Part shown: positions 11,684 to 21,749 of the stretch, piece after piece
Layout: every line of letters starts with the position of its first letter
Position numbering within the stretch: the stretch's first letter is position 1
Assembly (NCBI GenBank): GCA_964549075.1
Contig: CAZJUB010000001.1
Span: 42,610 to 106,609 of the forward strand
Direction of reading: 5' to 3'
DNA length: 64,000 nt
Origin: an uncultured archaeon
GTDB lineage: Archaea > Asgardarchaeota > Heimdallarchaeia > Heimdallarchaeales > Heimdallarchaeaceae
The notes under the pieces: generated by a model
Database searches by the model: none
What the model was told of the DNA's origin: nothing
Seen by the model: the letters and a program-made list of their open reading frames with translations, nothing else
Translations under genes and position numbers: made by a program

Positions 11684-11817
11684 AATTTTAACCTTTTCTT
11701 GCGTAACTAAATGGAATTATTATAAATTTCGAGTATATAAATTGTTATTTTTGTAAAACAAATTTGAAAGTATATTAAATTCTGCTATATTCTGCTAATA
11801 TTTAGATACTTTTAAAA

Positions 11818-13452
11818 ATGAAACAAATGTTTGTTCATAACTTGGAGAATGATGAAATGTTTGGACACAGGGAATCATCTTTGCTAGAACTTGGAAAAAG
11901 TTCAAGATTCGCTATTTCTTTCTTTGTATCATTCGCAATTACAAAACTTATAGGAGTTGCTTTCACAAAAATATTTACTAATACTTTGTCAGAAAGTGAA
12001 ATGGGTCAATACTCAATCATAACCTCAGCAATTGCCTTACTCATTGGTTTTTCATCTTTTGGGTTCACTTCTGCAGTTAATAGATATGCAATAAAATACA
12101 AAATTTCTAAAAATCTTGAAACTTTCAAGAATTTCATATTTACAGGTATTCTAATTTATATCATTGCTGAAATTATCGTAATATTAGCGATTCTTATCGT
12201 TTTCTTTGTAACTGGCAAAGGACCATGGTTCCTTCAAGTTGAGAATTATATTGGAACAGTTCTTTTAATCGCACTTATAGTTTTCGCTCAAATTTTTAGT
12301 ACTATTTGTTATACAATCGCAACATCACTCCAAAGTAGCAGATATTATTCAAATATTATCATCGCTAGAGTTTTATTACAAATTCCATTTAGTATATTTG
12401 CTGTAATTTTCTTTAAGATGGGATTATTTGGTCTTATTATAGGTTTAGCATTAGCAGAAACTGTTGTAGCAATTTATAGTATCTATAAAATAATCAAAGA
12501 CATAGGTATTGGAAGATTCTCATTTACTGAATTCAAGAAAATCATGACTTTTTCTCTTCCTTCCTATTATGTGGGAAATATTTGGCAAGGATTTAATATG
12601 CTAGTATTATTGTTAGTTAATTATTTCTTCCCAATAACTGGTACGGAGACAATAGCACTATACAGATATGGTGCTTTGTTAGTTACAAATCTCATTCTAG
12701 TTGCAGGAAATCTGATTAGTATGGTATATAGTCCTATTATCTTTAGATTATTTGAAAGAGGACAACATGATCGAATCCAACTTGTTTCTCAGAAAATTCT
12801 TAAAATGTTTCTTATTACACTCATCCCTTTGGCAATAGCACTTTATGCCTATTCACCCATTCTTATCATGCTTTTTACAAATAGTAGTTATATCCTCAGT
12901 GTCTATATTATACCTTTCTTACTAGGGGCAGTAATCTTCAAATACCTACATAGTATTATAGCTTTTGGGCATGTTTTGTACTTAAAATTATATTGGAACG
13001 CTATTTTTGCAACAGTCGCATTTGGAGCTGCTTTTGCAGTTGCTTGGTTTGTTATTCCAATCAATGCTCTATTAGGTCTAGGTGCTTCATTTTTTGTTAT
13101 CAGAGCTGTTTATTCTATTGGTGCGATGATAATATCACAAAGATATTACAAGCTCAATTACGACTATATCGGATTGTTAAAATTACTTGGTATTTTTATT
13201 GTTTCAGCTGGTGTTGGAATTGTTTGCTATTATTTTGTTTTTGGTTTTGCTGGTATTTACAACGTTACCATTTCGTTTTCAATCACTCTTGTTCTATTTA
13301 TAGCAGGAATTTTGCTTACAAAGCAAATTAAAAGAGATGATATAAGTTTTTTCACAGATCTTTTCAAAGATTATTTCAAAAAATTCAGCAAAAATAAAGA
13401 AAAAATAGATACAATGCCTGATACTATTGAAGAAAGAATAGATCTTGATTAA
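11818..13452 (+). CDS. Oligosaccharide flippase (Wzx/MOP family)
   Basis: About 14 TM segments, with an LSESEMGQYS...GFTSAVNRY N-terminal pattern typical of RfbX-like flippases. Confidence 0.85.
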   Translation: MKQMFVHNLENDEMFGHRESSLLELGKSSRFAISFFVSFAITKLIGVAFTKIFTNTLSESEMGQYSIITSAIALLIGFSSFGFTSAVNRYAIKYKISKNLETFKNFIFTGILIYIIAEIIVILAILIVFFVTGKGPWFLQVENYIGTVLLIALIVFAQIFSTICYTIATSLQSSRYYSNIIIARVLLQIPFSIFAVIFFKMGLFGLIIGLALAETVVAIYSIYKIIKDIGIGRFSFTEFKKIMTFSLPSYYVGNIWQGFNMLVLLLVNYFFPITGTETIALYRYGALLVTNLILVAGNLISMVYSPIIFRLFERGQHDRIQLVSQKILKMFLITLIPLAIALYAYSPILIMLFTNSSYILSVYIIPFLLGAVIFKYLHSIIAFGHVLYLKLYWNAIFATVAFGAAFAVAWFVIPINALLGLGASFFVIRAVYSIGAMIISQRYYKLNYDYIGLLKLLGIFIVSAGVGIVCYYFVFGFAGIYNVTISFSITLVLFIAGILLTKQIKRDDISFFTDLFKDYFKKFSKNKEKIDTMPDTIEERIDLD

Positions 13453-13491
13453 ACACATTTCAATATTACGACAGAAATAGTTTTGTTGTTG

Positions 13492-14313
13492 TTATGTTTT
13501 CCAAAGATCCAAGTTTAATCCAGTTAAATTACTTAATTCTCTGTTATAATCAGCGAAGTAGTGATCTAGTTCATTTCGTAATGCATTTGATAGTTTTGGA
13601 TAACCGGGTTTTTTTCCCTTAGTAGCAAGAAATTGCAATCCTCTATACACCAAAGAATTCTGTCTAAATATCTCAGAAGATTTTCTGAGCAAAAGTGGTA
13701 TTCGTGGTATCACAGTTATATTTCTTATTTCATTAATATATTTGAAATCATTAAATGGAACTTTTAAAAATTTGAACAGACTATACATATTATCTAACGG
13801 ATTTTTCACAAAATCCTCAAACAACATGAAAAACATCTGTTTTTTTTCAAAGTATTCCAAATAATATTCAATTTGCTCAACATAAACACTTCTTTTTAAG
13901 TATCCTTTGAAAATATCTTTTCTAATACGTTCAGTTTCTTTTTGAACAGCTTTTTCAAAACTATATCTTTCCCTTCCTGATTTCACAGCATGCCAATAAT
14001 TTGAATATGCTCGTTCAATAGGATTTCGAAAAATCCATATTAATTTTATTTCTTGACTATACTCCTGTATTCTTTTCGGAACTTTTTCTAAATAACTATA
14101 AGTAGGAGTTTTCTCTCCAATTATTTTCTGTTGGTCACATTCTGTAAAATTTTCTTCATACCATTTAGTTCCTTTAGAATAATTATTGTCATTATCAAAA
14201 AAATGGATTTCTTTTAGAGGTATGCAAATATCAGGATTATGTTGAAGTTGAAATGCAAGACTAGAAGTTCCTGCTTTCATTGCACCTACAATAATAAAAT
14301 CTAATTTCTTCAT
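13492..14313 (-). CDS. PAPS-dependent sulfotransferase
   Basis: 5'-PSB GAMKAGTSSL, KEIHFFD, GEKTPTY, 3'-PB RNPIERAYSNY. Confidence 0.92.
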   Translation of the reverse strand: MKKLDFIIVGAMKAGTSSLAFQLQHNPDICIPLKEIHFFDNDNNYSKGTKWYEENFTECDQQKIIGEKTPTYSYLEKVPKRIQEYSQEIKLIWIFRNPIERAYSNYWHAVKSGRERYSFEKAVQKETERIRKDIFKGYLKRSVYVEQIEYYLEYFEKKQMFFMLFEDFVKNPLDNMYSLFKFLKVPFNDFKYINEIRNITVIPRIPLLLRKSSEIFRQNSLVYRGLQFLATKGKKPGYPKLSNALRNELDHYFADYNRELSNLTGLNLDLWKT

Positions 14314-14323
14314 TAACCATTCC

Positions 14324-14839
14324 CTAATGAAATTTCTTTTCTTCTTTTAATTTGAAGTAATGATCTTTATCTCGATACTTGAAAGGTTCGGCAGGATGAC
14401 CTCCAGCTATTGCACAAGGTGGTACATCTTTTATAACTACACTTCCTGCTTGAATAATTGCTCCTTCTCCAATAGTTGCACCACTGACTATTATACAACG
14501 AGCACCAATCCAAACATTATCTTCTACCACTATTTTTTTTCTTATATATGTTTCATCATAAGGAATTTTTGTTCCTTCATAATTATGATTTCGAGTTAAA
14601 AACAAGATATCTGGACCTGAATGGAAATTATCTCCTATTATAACCTCACCATCACCTCTAATAATCACTCCATTAAAATTCACATTATTTCCTAAAATAG
14701 TATTTTTATTGACTTTAGATTTATGATTAACTTTAAGTCCTTCTCCAACTTTTTTTGCTGCTTTTTGAACTTGTTTTCGATATCTTCTTCTGTTATATTT
14801 TAGGAACAACGTAGCAATAACTCCAAACACATTAAACAT
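14324..14839 (-). CDS. Hexapeptide-repeat (left-handed beta-helix) O-acyltransferase
   Basis: [37 protein letters not shown]...GGHPA. Start placed at ATG 14839. Confidence 0.88.
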   Translation of the reverse strand: MFNVFGVIATLFLKYNRRRYRKQVQKAAKKVGEGLKVNHKSKVNKNTILGNNVNFNGVIIRGDGEVIIGDNFHSGPDILFLTRNHNYEGTKIPYDETYIRKKIVVEDNVWIGARCIIVSGATIGEGAIIQAGSVVIKDVPPCAIAGGHPAEPFKYRDKDHYFKLKEEKKFH

Positions 14840-14969
14840 AATCTTACACAAAATTAATCCATTCAACTCTATTTAAAAGCTTTTTTTTATCCTATTATTA
14901 AAATTGTCTAGAAATCTAATCAGTAATTTAAACTAAAAATTCTTAAGATTAGATTACTAAGATACATGT

Positions 14970-15542
14970 ATGATAGATATCTATTCCACAAAATCTCCTT
15001 ATATTGGAGAAAAAATAAAACTTCGTCCTTTAGAAAAGGATGATTTAAAGAGTATCATGAAATATTGGAACACATATGAATCTAGGATAGGACTAGGTTT
15101 ACTTATACCTATGTCGTCAATGATGGAAGCAGAATTTATAGAAATGGTTCACAACAAAGCTAAAAACGGAACGGGATATATTTTTGCAATTGAAGATGTT
15201 GTTTCAGGAGATTTTCTTGGAACCTGTGGAATAGACGATATAAATAATATTAGCAGATCAGCTGAACTTGGAATTGCTATTCATAATCCTGACAATCATG
15301 GCAAAGGTTATGGTACTGATACTATGAGATGTTTACTTAAATTTTGTTTCAACATTTTAAATCTTCATCGTGTTGAACTTTGGGTGATGGAATACAATGA
15401 AAGAGCCATCCATGTTTATGAAAAGGTAGGATTCAAAGAAGTAGGACGAAAAAGAGATGCACATTTTCTACAAGGAATGTACCATGATGTTATTGTAATG
15501 GACATTTTGGAAGAGGAATTTCAACAGACTCACCCTCGATAA
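14970..15542 (+). CDS. RimJ/RimL-type GNAT N-acetyltransferase
   Basis: AELGIAI...HGKGYGT, NERAIHVYEKVGF. Confidence 0.92.
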   Translation: MIDIYSTKSPYIGEKIKLRPLEKDDLKSIMKYWNTYESRIGLGLLIPMSSMMEAEFIEMVHNKAKNGTGYIFAIEDVVSGDFLGTCGIDDINNISRSAELGIAIHNPDNHGKGYGTDTMRCLLKFCFNILNLHRVELWVMEYNERAIHVYEKVGFKEVGRKRDAHFLQGMYHDVIVMDILEEEFQQTHPR

Positions 15543-15597
15543 CACAGTAACTTGCATAAATCTTATAATTAACTAATATTGTCTCATTCTGTCACTG

Positions 15598-17151
15598 ATG
15601 AACGAAGATAAACATATGGAAAAACCTCCCATAAAAGTAGGTGTTCTCATCTCTGCTACAGGAATTGGAGCGTTTTTGGCATCCCTTGATGGAACCATAG
15701 TGAATATAAGTTTACCTCAAATTATGGGTAGTCTTGGAGTAGCTCAAAATCTGGTTCAATGGATAATCCTTAGTTATCTTCTCACTATGATTGCTTTCAC
15801 TACAGTGTCAGGTGATTTAGGTGACAGAATTTCAAATAAATTGGTTTTTCAATCAGGTATGATTATTTTTTCTCTTGCTTCACTTCTCTGTTTTTTCGCA
15901 AGGTCTTTGATTTTATTAATTTTATTCAGAATTATACAAGGTATAGGCGCTACAGGTATGGTAGCTAATGGTATGGCCATAATTACGAGATTTACGACTA
16001 GAGAAAACCGTGGACTCGCTATTGGTTTAAATTCTCTACTCATTGCCGTAGCTATTGGTCTTGGTCCTATTCTCGGAGGAGCTCTTACTGAATATTTAGA
16101 TGGAGTTTTGATTTTCAGAGGACAACCTTATTCAGGATGGCCATTTATTTTTCTAATTAACGTCCCAATTGGTTTACTTGGCTTTTTCTGGGTTCAACAT
16201 GTTATACCACCTACACCACCTATTCAAGAAAGAAGAAGAAAAGCTGATGTCCCTGGATCAATCTTTTTATCAGGTTTTTTGTTTTTGATGGTTTTTAGTT
16301 TCAGCGTATTTGCTAGTATATTCGAGCACACATTTTTTGGTGCAAATCCAAATCTATTTCCTGGGAACATTCCACTTACGAGGTTTAAGCTGGAAGTAGG
16401 AACTTTTGGACATTATGCTAAGTTATGGTCAAGTATGTCATTTGGATTAAGTATTTTGTTTCTAATCTTCTTTATTTTGTGGGAAAGAAAAACAAACAAT
16501 CCTGTAGTTGATCTTTCAATGTTCAAAAACAAGAGGTTTACTGTTGGAATTTTCTCAGGAGTCTTAGCTTACCTTGGGCTTTGTGTAATTATTTATCAGC
16601 TACCATTTTTTGTTCAACAGATTCTTCATTATGACACTTTTAGAACAGGTATTGCGATTATGGGAACTCCTATAGGTATGGCAATAGCAGCTGCAGCATC
16701 AGGAGCTGTAGCTCATAAAATAGATGTGAAATATATATCAACTGCAGGAATTGGTATAATGGCTTTAGCACTCTTATTGGGTGCTTTATTTATCTCAGAA
16801 CATGTCCCCACCATTATAATTGTAATTATAGCAACTGTTATTGGGATTTCTCTAGGAATTTTTATCGCACCAAATAACACATCAGTGATGTCTGCAGCTC
16901 CAGAAAGTAAGCTAGGGATTGCAAATAGTATGTTAAGTTTGTCAACTAACGTCGGATTTAGCTTAGGTACAGCTTTAGCAACAGCTGTATTTGTTTACTC
17001 ACAAAATGTTTTTCAAAGAGCAAATGGGGGAAGTGTCAACGACATTATAAACTATGTACCTGCAATGAGAATTTTATTTGGAGTTTTTGCGGGATTTATG
17101 TTGTTCTCAACTATTTTCTCCTTCTTTAGAGGTCCTAAGCCAGAAAATTAA
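15598..17151 (+). CDS. MFS transporter, DHA2 (EmrB/QacA) type
   Basis: LDGTIVNISLP, FRIIQGIG, GPILGG, FLINVPIG, about 14 TM segments. Confidence 0.92.
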   Translation: MNEDKHMEKPPIKVGVLISATGIGAFLASLDGTIVNISLPQIMGSLGVAQNLVQWIILSYLLTMIAFTTVSGDLGDRISNKLVFQSGMIIFSLASLLCFFARSLILLILFRIIQGIGATGMVANGMAIITRFTTRENRGLAIGLNSLLIAVAIGLGPILGGALTEYLDGVLIFRGQPYSGWPFIFLINVPIGLLGFFWVQHVIPPTPPIQERRRKADVPGSIFLSGFLFLMVFSFSVFASIFEHTFFGANPNLFPGNIPLTRFKLEVGTFGHYAKLWSSMSFGLSILFLIFFILWERKTNNPVVDLSMFKNKRFTVGIFSGVLAYLGLCVIIYQLPFFVQQILHYDTFRTGIAIMGTPIGMAIAAAASGAVAHKIDVKYISTAGIGIMALALLLGALFISEHVPTIIIVIIATVIGISLGIFIAPNNTSVMSAAPESKLGIANSMLSLSTNVGFSLGTALATAVFVYSQNVFQRANGGSVNDIINYVPAMRILFGVFAGFMLFSTIFSFFRGPKPEN

Positions 17152-17167
17152 GAAAATTAAACTAGTG

Positions 17168-18223
17168 CTAAATCTTACAAAAGTTAACTACTAGTTTTAT
17201 GGTTTTAATAATATCATCAACCAAAAGTAAAGCTGTATTTCCGTGAATATATCTGCATGGAACTGAAACAACTCCTGAAGGAACACCTGATCTTGATCTA
17301 GAGATAGAGCCTGCATCTGTACCACCATATGTAGGTTTCTTATACTGCCATTGGATATTATCTAATTCAGCTGCTTTTTTGATTCTTTCCAAAATTTTCT
17401 TAGGTACGATTAATGAACGATCTGCAGCTGTTACAGCAGGTCCATTTCTCAAGCTTGTTACTACTTTTTGATTAGGAACTCCTGGAACATCACTCGCTAT
17501 GGTATTTTCAAGTGCTAAGGCAATACTTGGCTTTAATGTGTAACTAGCCACCATCGCTCCCCGAGTTCCCACTTCTTCTTGAACTGCGAAACTAATAAGC
17601 AAGGTGTGAGGTATCTCTTTGCCTTTTAACTCTTCAAGAACATGTAGAAGTACATTACAAGCTGTTCGGTCATCAAATGCTTTTCCAAGAAGCGTATTTT
17701 CATTTAATAATATACATTTCGTGTAAAATGTTCCTACAGAACCTATATCTAGACCTAAATTAACAACGTCTTCTTGTGAAGTACAACCAATATCGACAAA
17801 CAGCTCGTTAATATCAGGTACTTTCTCTCTATCTTCAGGTTTTGTTATATGCGGTGGAGACGCTCCAACTACACCTATTATCCTCTCTCTCTTATCATTC
17901 TGAAATTCTAGAAGAGTACCAAGCATTAATCTCTTATCTATTCCTCCAAGAGGTTCGATTGTTAGAAAACCTCGTTCATCAATATGAGAAATCATAAAAC
18001 CTACTTCATCTACATGAGCATCTAACATAATTTTTAAGCCGTTAGGATCTGTTCCTTCTCTTATTGCTAATACATTACCTAATGGATCTATCCATGCTTT
18101 ATCTACGCCTAGTTTTTCAAGTTTTACAAGAATATAATCAGTCACTTCTTCTTCATGACCTGGAACACCAATTAGGTTACTTAACTCAGTTTGAATTTCA
18201 ATAACGCTCTCTCTGTTTACCAT
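17168..18223 (-). CDS. M42 (TET-type) aminopeptidase
   Basis: AHVDEVG, KAFDDR, QEEVGTRGA, GGTDAG, PCRYIH. Confidence 0.95.
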   Translation of the reverse strand: MVNRESVIEIQTELSNLIGVPGHEEEVTDYILVKLEKLGVDKAWIDPLGNVLAIREGTDPNGLKIMLDAHVDEVGFMISHIDERGFLTIEPLGGIDKRLMLGTLLEFQNDKRERIIGVVGASPPHITKPEDREKVPDINELFVDIGCTSQEDVVNLGLDIGSVGTFYTKCILLNENTLLGKAFDDRTACNVLLHVLEELKGKEIPHTLLISFAVQEEVGTRGAMVASYTLKPSIALALENTIASDVPGVPNQKVVTSLRNGPAVTAADRSLIVPKKILERIKKAAELDNIQWQYKKPTYGGTDAGSISRSRSGVPSGVVSVPCRYIHGNTALLLVDDIIKTIKLVVNFCKI

Positions 18224-18333
18224 TTTAATTACAAAAGAACTAGGGTAGAATTTTCTTAAGTGTTTCTCTTTCGATTTAAAACAGATTATTTTGGTAAGTA
18301 GTAATGTTTATTTAACAGCGTATTTCAGTTTCC

Positions 18334-19143
18334 TTGAGTAATATGAAGATTATTGTGTTTATAGATCAGATAGTAAGCACACAAGTAAAACTCCAAGGTG
18401 TTGATTTCTTCGACTCTAGCTTGATAAATGAAGATGACTTAGTTATCAATCCAACAAGCAAGAATGCAATTGAAGGAGCTTTAAAGCTTAAAGACACTTC
18501 AGGTGCGAGTGTTACCGCTGTATGTGTTAGAGGTCTGAAACCGATTAAAGCTTTGAGAGAAGCTATAGCTATGGGATGTAACGAAGCAATAGAAATTGCA
18601 GACGATTCATTCTATACAGAAGATCCAATGTTATTAGCTAAAATTTATGTTAGCGCATTGGAAAAGATTGGTGACTTTGATTTAGTTTTCCTAGGAGCTG
18701 AAGAACAATCTACTAGTTCTTATGCTGTAGGTGCCATGTTAGCAGAAAGACTTGACCTTCCAAGCGTTCTTTATGCCGAAGAGATGGAAAGTATAGAGAA
18801 CGGTTTTAGAATTGGACATATTCTAGAAGGTGGAAGGAAGATTGTTGAGATTCCAAAAAAAGCATTAATTAGCACAGGTGACAGTCCATATTTTACACCG
18901 AGATATACATCTATGAGAGGAATATTAACCGCAAAGAGAGCAGAGGTACCCAAATGGTCTTCTGCCGATTTAGGACTAAGTGCTAGTGTTACTGGAAAAG
19001 AAGCAGCTTCTTTACAACAAGTGTCTTTGTCCAATATAGTTATCGAAAAGAAAAGCTACATTATCAATGAAGGAGAACCTGAAGAAATGGTTGACAATCT
19101 TCTTAGTAAGTTAAAAGAAGATGAAGTAAAATTAGGAGTGTGA
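18334..19143 (+). CDS. etfB: Electron transfer flavoprotein beta subunit (EtfB/FixA)
   Basis: INP...AIEGALKLKD, ALREAIAMG, PRYTSMRGILTAK. TTG start (alternative ATG 18343). Confidence 0.9.
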   Translation: MSNMKIIVFIDQIVSTQVKLQGVDFFDSSLINEDDLVINPTSKNAIEGALKLKDTSGASVTAVCVRGLKPIKALREAIAMGCNEAIEIADDSFYTEDPMLLAKIYVSALEKIGDFDLVFLGAEEQSTSSYAVGAMLAERLDLPSVLYAEEMESIENGFRIGHILEGGRKIVEIPKKALISTGDSPYFTPRYTSMRGILTAKRAEVPKWSSADLGLSASVTGKEAASLQQVSLSNIVIEKKSYIINEGEPEEMVDNLLSKLKEDEVKLGV

Positions 19144-19147
19144 TAAC

Positions 19148-20107
19148 ATGAATATATTAGTATTTGGACAAATTAGAGATAATTCAGTTGAAGAAAATCT
19201 TTTAGGTATTCTAAACAAATTATCAGAAGTTTTTGGTGATAGTGAAATCTCAGCTGCGCTTCTAACTAATCAGGTGAATAATGATTGGATTGAAAGTTTA
19301 GGTAAGCATGGTGTAAATCGTGTTTATACAGTTGAAACTCCAGAATTAGAAGTCTATCTCAGTCGACCTTATGTTAAAGCAATGTTGGAAATAATCAAGA
19401 AAGCTGAACCCACTTTGGTTTTAGCTGCAGGAACTGTATATGGAGAAGATCTTATTCCAAGATTAGCTATTCATCATGGAGTCTCTTGTGCTCAAAGATT
19501 CGTAGATATTTCAAGAGATGGAGATGATGTTCTATTTCACACTCCTGTACGTGATGATCAAGCGATGAAAATTACTAAAATTGTTGGTAATATTAAATTC
19601 GCTACATCAAGAACAGGTGCTTTCTTTATAAATGAAAATCCATCAGGACAAAGTCCTGAAGTAGAAAAACTAGATGTTTCATTCGACTCAAATGATATGA
19701 TAGTTAAACATGTTGAAATAAAGAAAGCAGAACGTACTGTAAATCTCAAAGATGCTAAGTTGATAGTTGCTGGTGGTAGAGGAGTAGGTGGTAAAGAAAA
19801 TTTCCAGATCATAAAAGATTTAGCAACTACACTTGGTGGTGAGATTGGTGCTACACGTGCTTGTACTGACCTTCATTGGATTGAAGAAACTTATGAGATA
19901 GGACAAACAGGTCAATCAGTTTCTCCAGATGTCTATATAGCAGCTGGAATATCAGGAGCTCCTCAGCATTTAAGTGGAGTAAAAGCAAAAACACTAATTG
20001 CTATTAATAATGATGAAGGTGCACCAATCTTTAATTTTGCTGATTATGGCATTGTTGGAGATTTGCATGTAATTCTTCCCATTCTAAAATCTAAAATAAA
20101 GAGCTAA
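19148..20107 (+). CDS. etfA: Electron transfer flavoprotein alpha subunit (EtfA/FixB)
   Basis: VAGGRGVG, GATRA, IGQTGQSVSP, GISGAPQH, AINND..APIF. Confidence 0.95.
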   Translation: MNILVFGQIRDNSVEENLLGILNKLSEVFGDSEISAALLTNQVNNDWIESLGKHGVNRVYTVETPELEVYLSRPYVKAMLEIIKKAEPTLVLAAGTVYGEDLIPRLAIHHGVSCAQRFVDISRDGDDVLFHTPVRDDQAMKITKIVGNIKFATSRTGAFFINENPSGQSPEVEKLDVSFDSNDMIVKHVEIKKAERTVNLKDAKLIVAGGRGVGGKENFQIIKDLATTLGGEIGATRACTDLHWIEETYEIGQTGQSVSPDVYIAAGISGAPQHLSGVKAKTLIAINNDEGAPIFNFADYGIVGDLHVILPILKSKIKS

Positions 20108-20160
20108 ATAATTCTTTTTAGTTCCTTTTTTTCTCTTTTTCTTTCTAATTCGGATTTTCA

Positions 20161-21624
20161 TTAATCTATTTTTGGAGTTTCAATATTCTGGAAAATTCTA
20201 TCAAATCTACCTAAAGCTTCATCTATAATTTCAGGTGTGTTTGCCATACTAGTGTATAATCTACTTCCTGCTAAAGTAACCATTCCTTCAGCCATATAAG
20301 CTGCACCATATTCTTCCATGGCTTGTTTTCTAATTTTTATTTCTTTCAATATTTTTAGGATTTTAAGGTAATTAAGATGCAAAAACAGAGTTCCAACTGT
20401 TTCTAAATGGCATATTGAACCTTGATTATATGCAACAAAAGGCAAATTGTATTGATCGATTATTTTTTGTAATCCTTGAGTTAGTCTATCTCCTACTTTT
20501 CCTGCTTTAATTGCTGCATCTGTTTTTTCTATTTCCTTTATAGAATAATATCCTGCTGCAGCACTTACTGGATTTGCCGATAAAGTTCCTCCTACATAAG
20601 CTCTTTTTGTATGTCCTTCTACACCTGCAGCTAAAAGACTTATAAGATCACTTCTACCACCAACTCCTCCTGCCCCTGGGTATCCACCTGCAACAATTTT
20701 GCCGAAAACTGTAAGATCTGGTTTCACATTAAAATACCCCTGAGCTCCTCCCAATCCTAGTCTAAATGCAGTAACAACTTCATCAAAAATCAATAAAGCA
20801 TCATATTTATCGCATAGTTCACGAACCTGCTTATTGTATTCTTTAGAAACGGGACGTGTACCACTTTCAGGACCAAGAGGTTCAAGTAATACTGCAGCAG
20901 TTCCACCTCTTAACCTGTTTAACTTCAATTTTCTCTCAAGTGCATCAATGTTATTTGGGAAAACTTCTTGTGTATGTTTTGAGCATGAAGCGGGGATTCC
21001 ATGAGCTTCAAATCTTCCAGTTTTTGGGAGGTGAAGTCCGTATACTAATTGATCGCTCCACCCATGATAAGCTCCACCCGATTTTATGATCTTTTTCTTT
21101 TTGGTGGCGAGTCTAGCAATTCTGAGAGCAGCCATATCCGATTCAGTGCCACTACCAAGCATACGAAACATTTCGACTGCAGGCATACAGTGATTAATTT
21201 CTTTTGCTAGTTTAAGCTCAAATTCATGAAATAAACCAGTAGCTGGGCTACATTCCTTTATAACATCAATAATTTTTTCTTGAACAGGTTTATAATTACT
21301 TCCTAGTAATGTTGGTCCTCCTGCTTGTAAAAAATCTATGTATTGATTTCCGTCAATATCATAAAGATAAGATCCTTCCGCTTTTTCAACTACAATAGGA
21401 AAAGGATAATTAAAAGCAAGATTGTGTTGGACACCTCCTGGAATGTATTTTTTAGCTTCAGTAATAAGGGATTTTGATTTAGTGCATTTTTGTTCAAAAA
21501 AATCCATGTACCGTTCCATTGCAGATTTTTTAAAGTGATATGGAGGAATTTGCAGCAAATTTTTTGCTTTGGCATAAATCTCAGAAACATTAGGATATTC
21601 AGTTATCGCATAGCTCGAAACCAT
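20161..21624 (-). CDS. Class III PLP aminotransferase (GSA-aminomutase-like)
   Basis: IPGGVQH, SGTES, YHGWSD, IFDEVVTAFR, PDLTVFGK (PLP lysine), GGTLSANP. Confidence 0.9.
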   Translation of the reverse strand: MVSSYAITEYPNVSEIYAKAKNLLQIPPYHFKKSAMERYMDFFEQKCTKSKSLITEAKKYIPGGVQHNLAFNYPFPIVVEKAEGSYLYDIDGNQYIDFLQAGGPTLLGSNYKPVQEKIIDVIKECSPATGLFHEFELKLAKEINHCMPAVEMFRMLGSGTESDMAALRIARLATKKKKIIKSGGAYHGWSDQLVYGLHLPKTGRFEAHGIPASCSKHTQEVFPNNIDALERKLKLNRLRGGTAAVLLEPLGPESGTRPVSKEYNKQVRELCDKYDALLIFDEVVTAFRLGLGGAQGYFNVKPDLTVFGKIVAGGYPGAGGVGGRSDLISLLAAGVEGHTKRAYVGGTLSANPVSAAAGYYSIKEIEKTDAAIKAGKVGDRLTQGLQKIIDQYNLPFVAYNQGSICHLETVGTLFLHLNYLKILKILKEIKIRKQAMEEYGAAYMAEGMVTLAGSRLYTSMANTPEIIDEALGRFDRIFQNIETPKID

Positions 21625-21749
21625 AGCTCATCACAATTTTATTAGAGAACATTTATTTAAATTTATACTACCATGATAAGTTGGAAAAGACCTTTTTACA
21701 TTATAGTGGAAACATAAGATATAAGAGTAAATTATAATACCTTCAAAAA

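Noticed and set aside
20161-21624. Calling this gene hemL
   Set aside because: It has a long N-terminal extension, divergent motifs and no tetrapyrrole genes nearby, so only the family call is supported.
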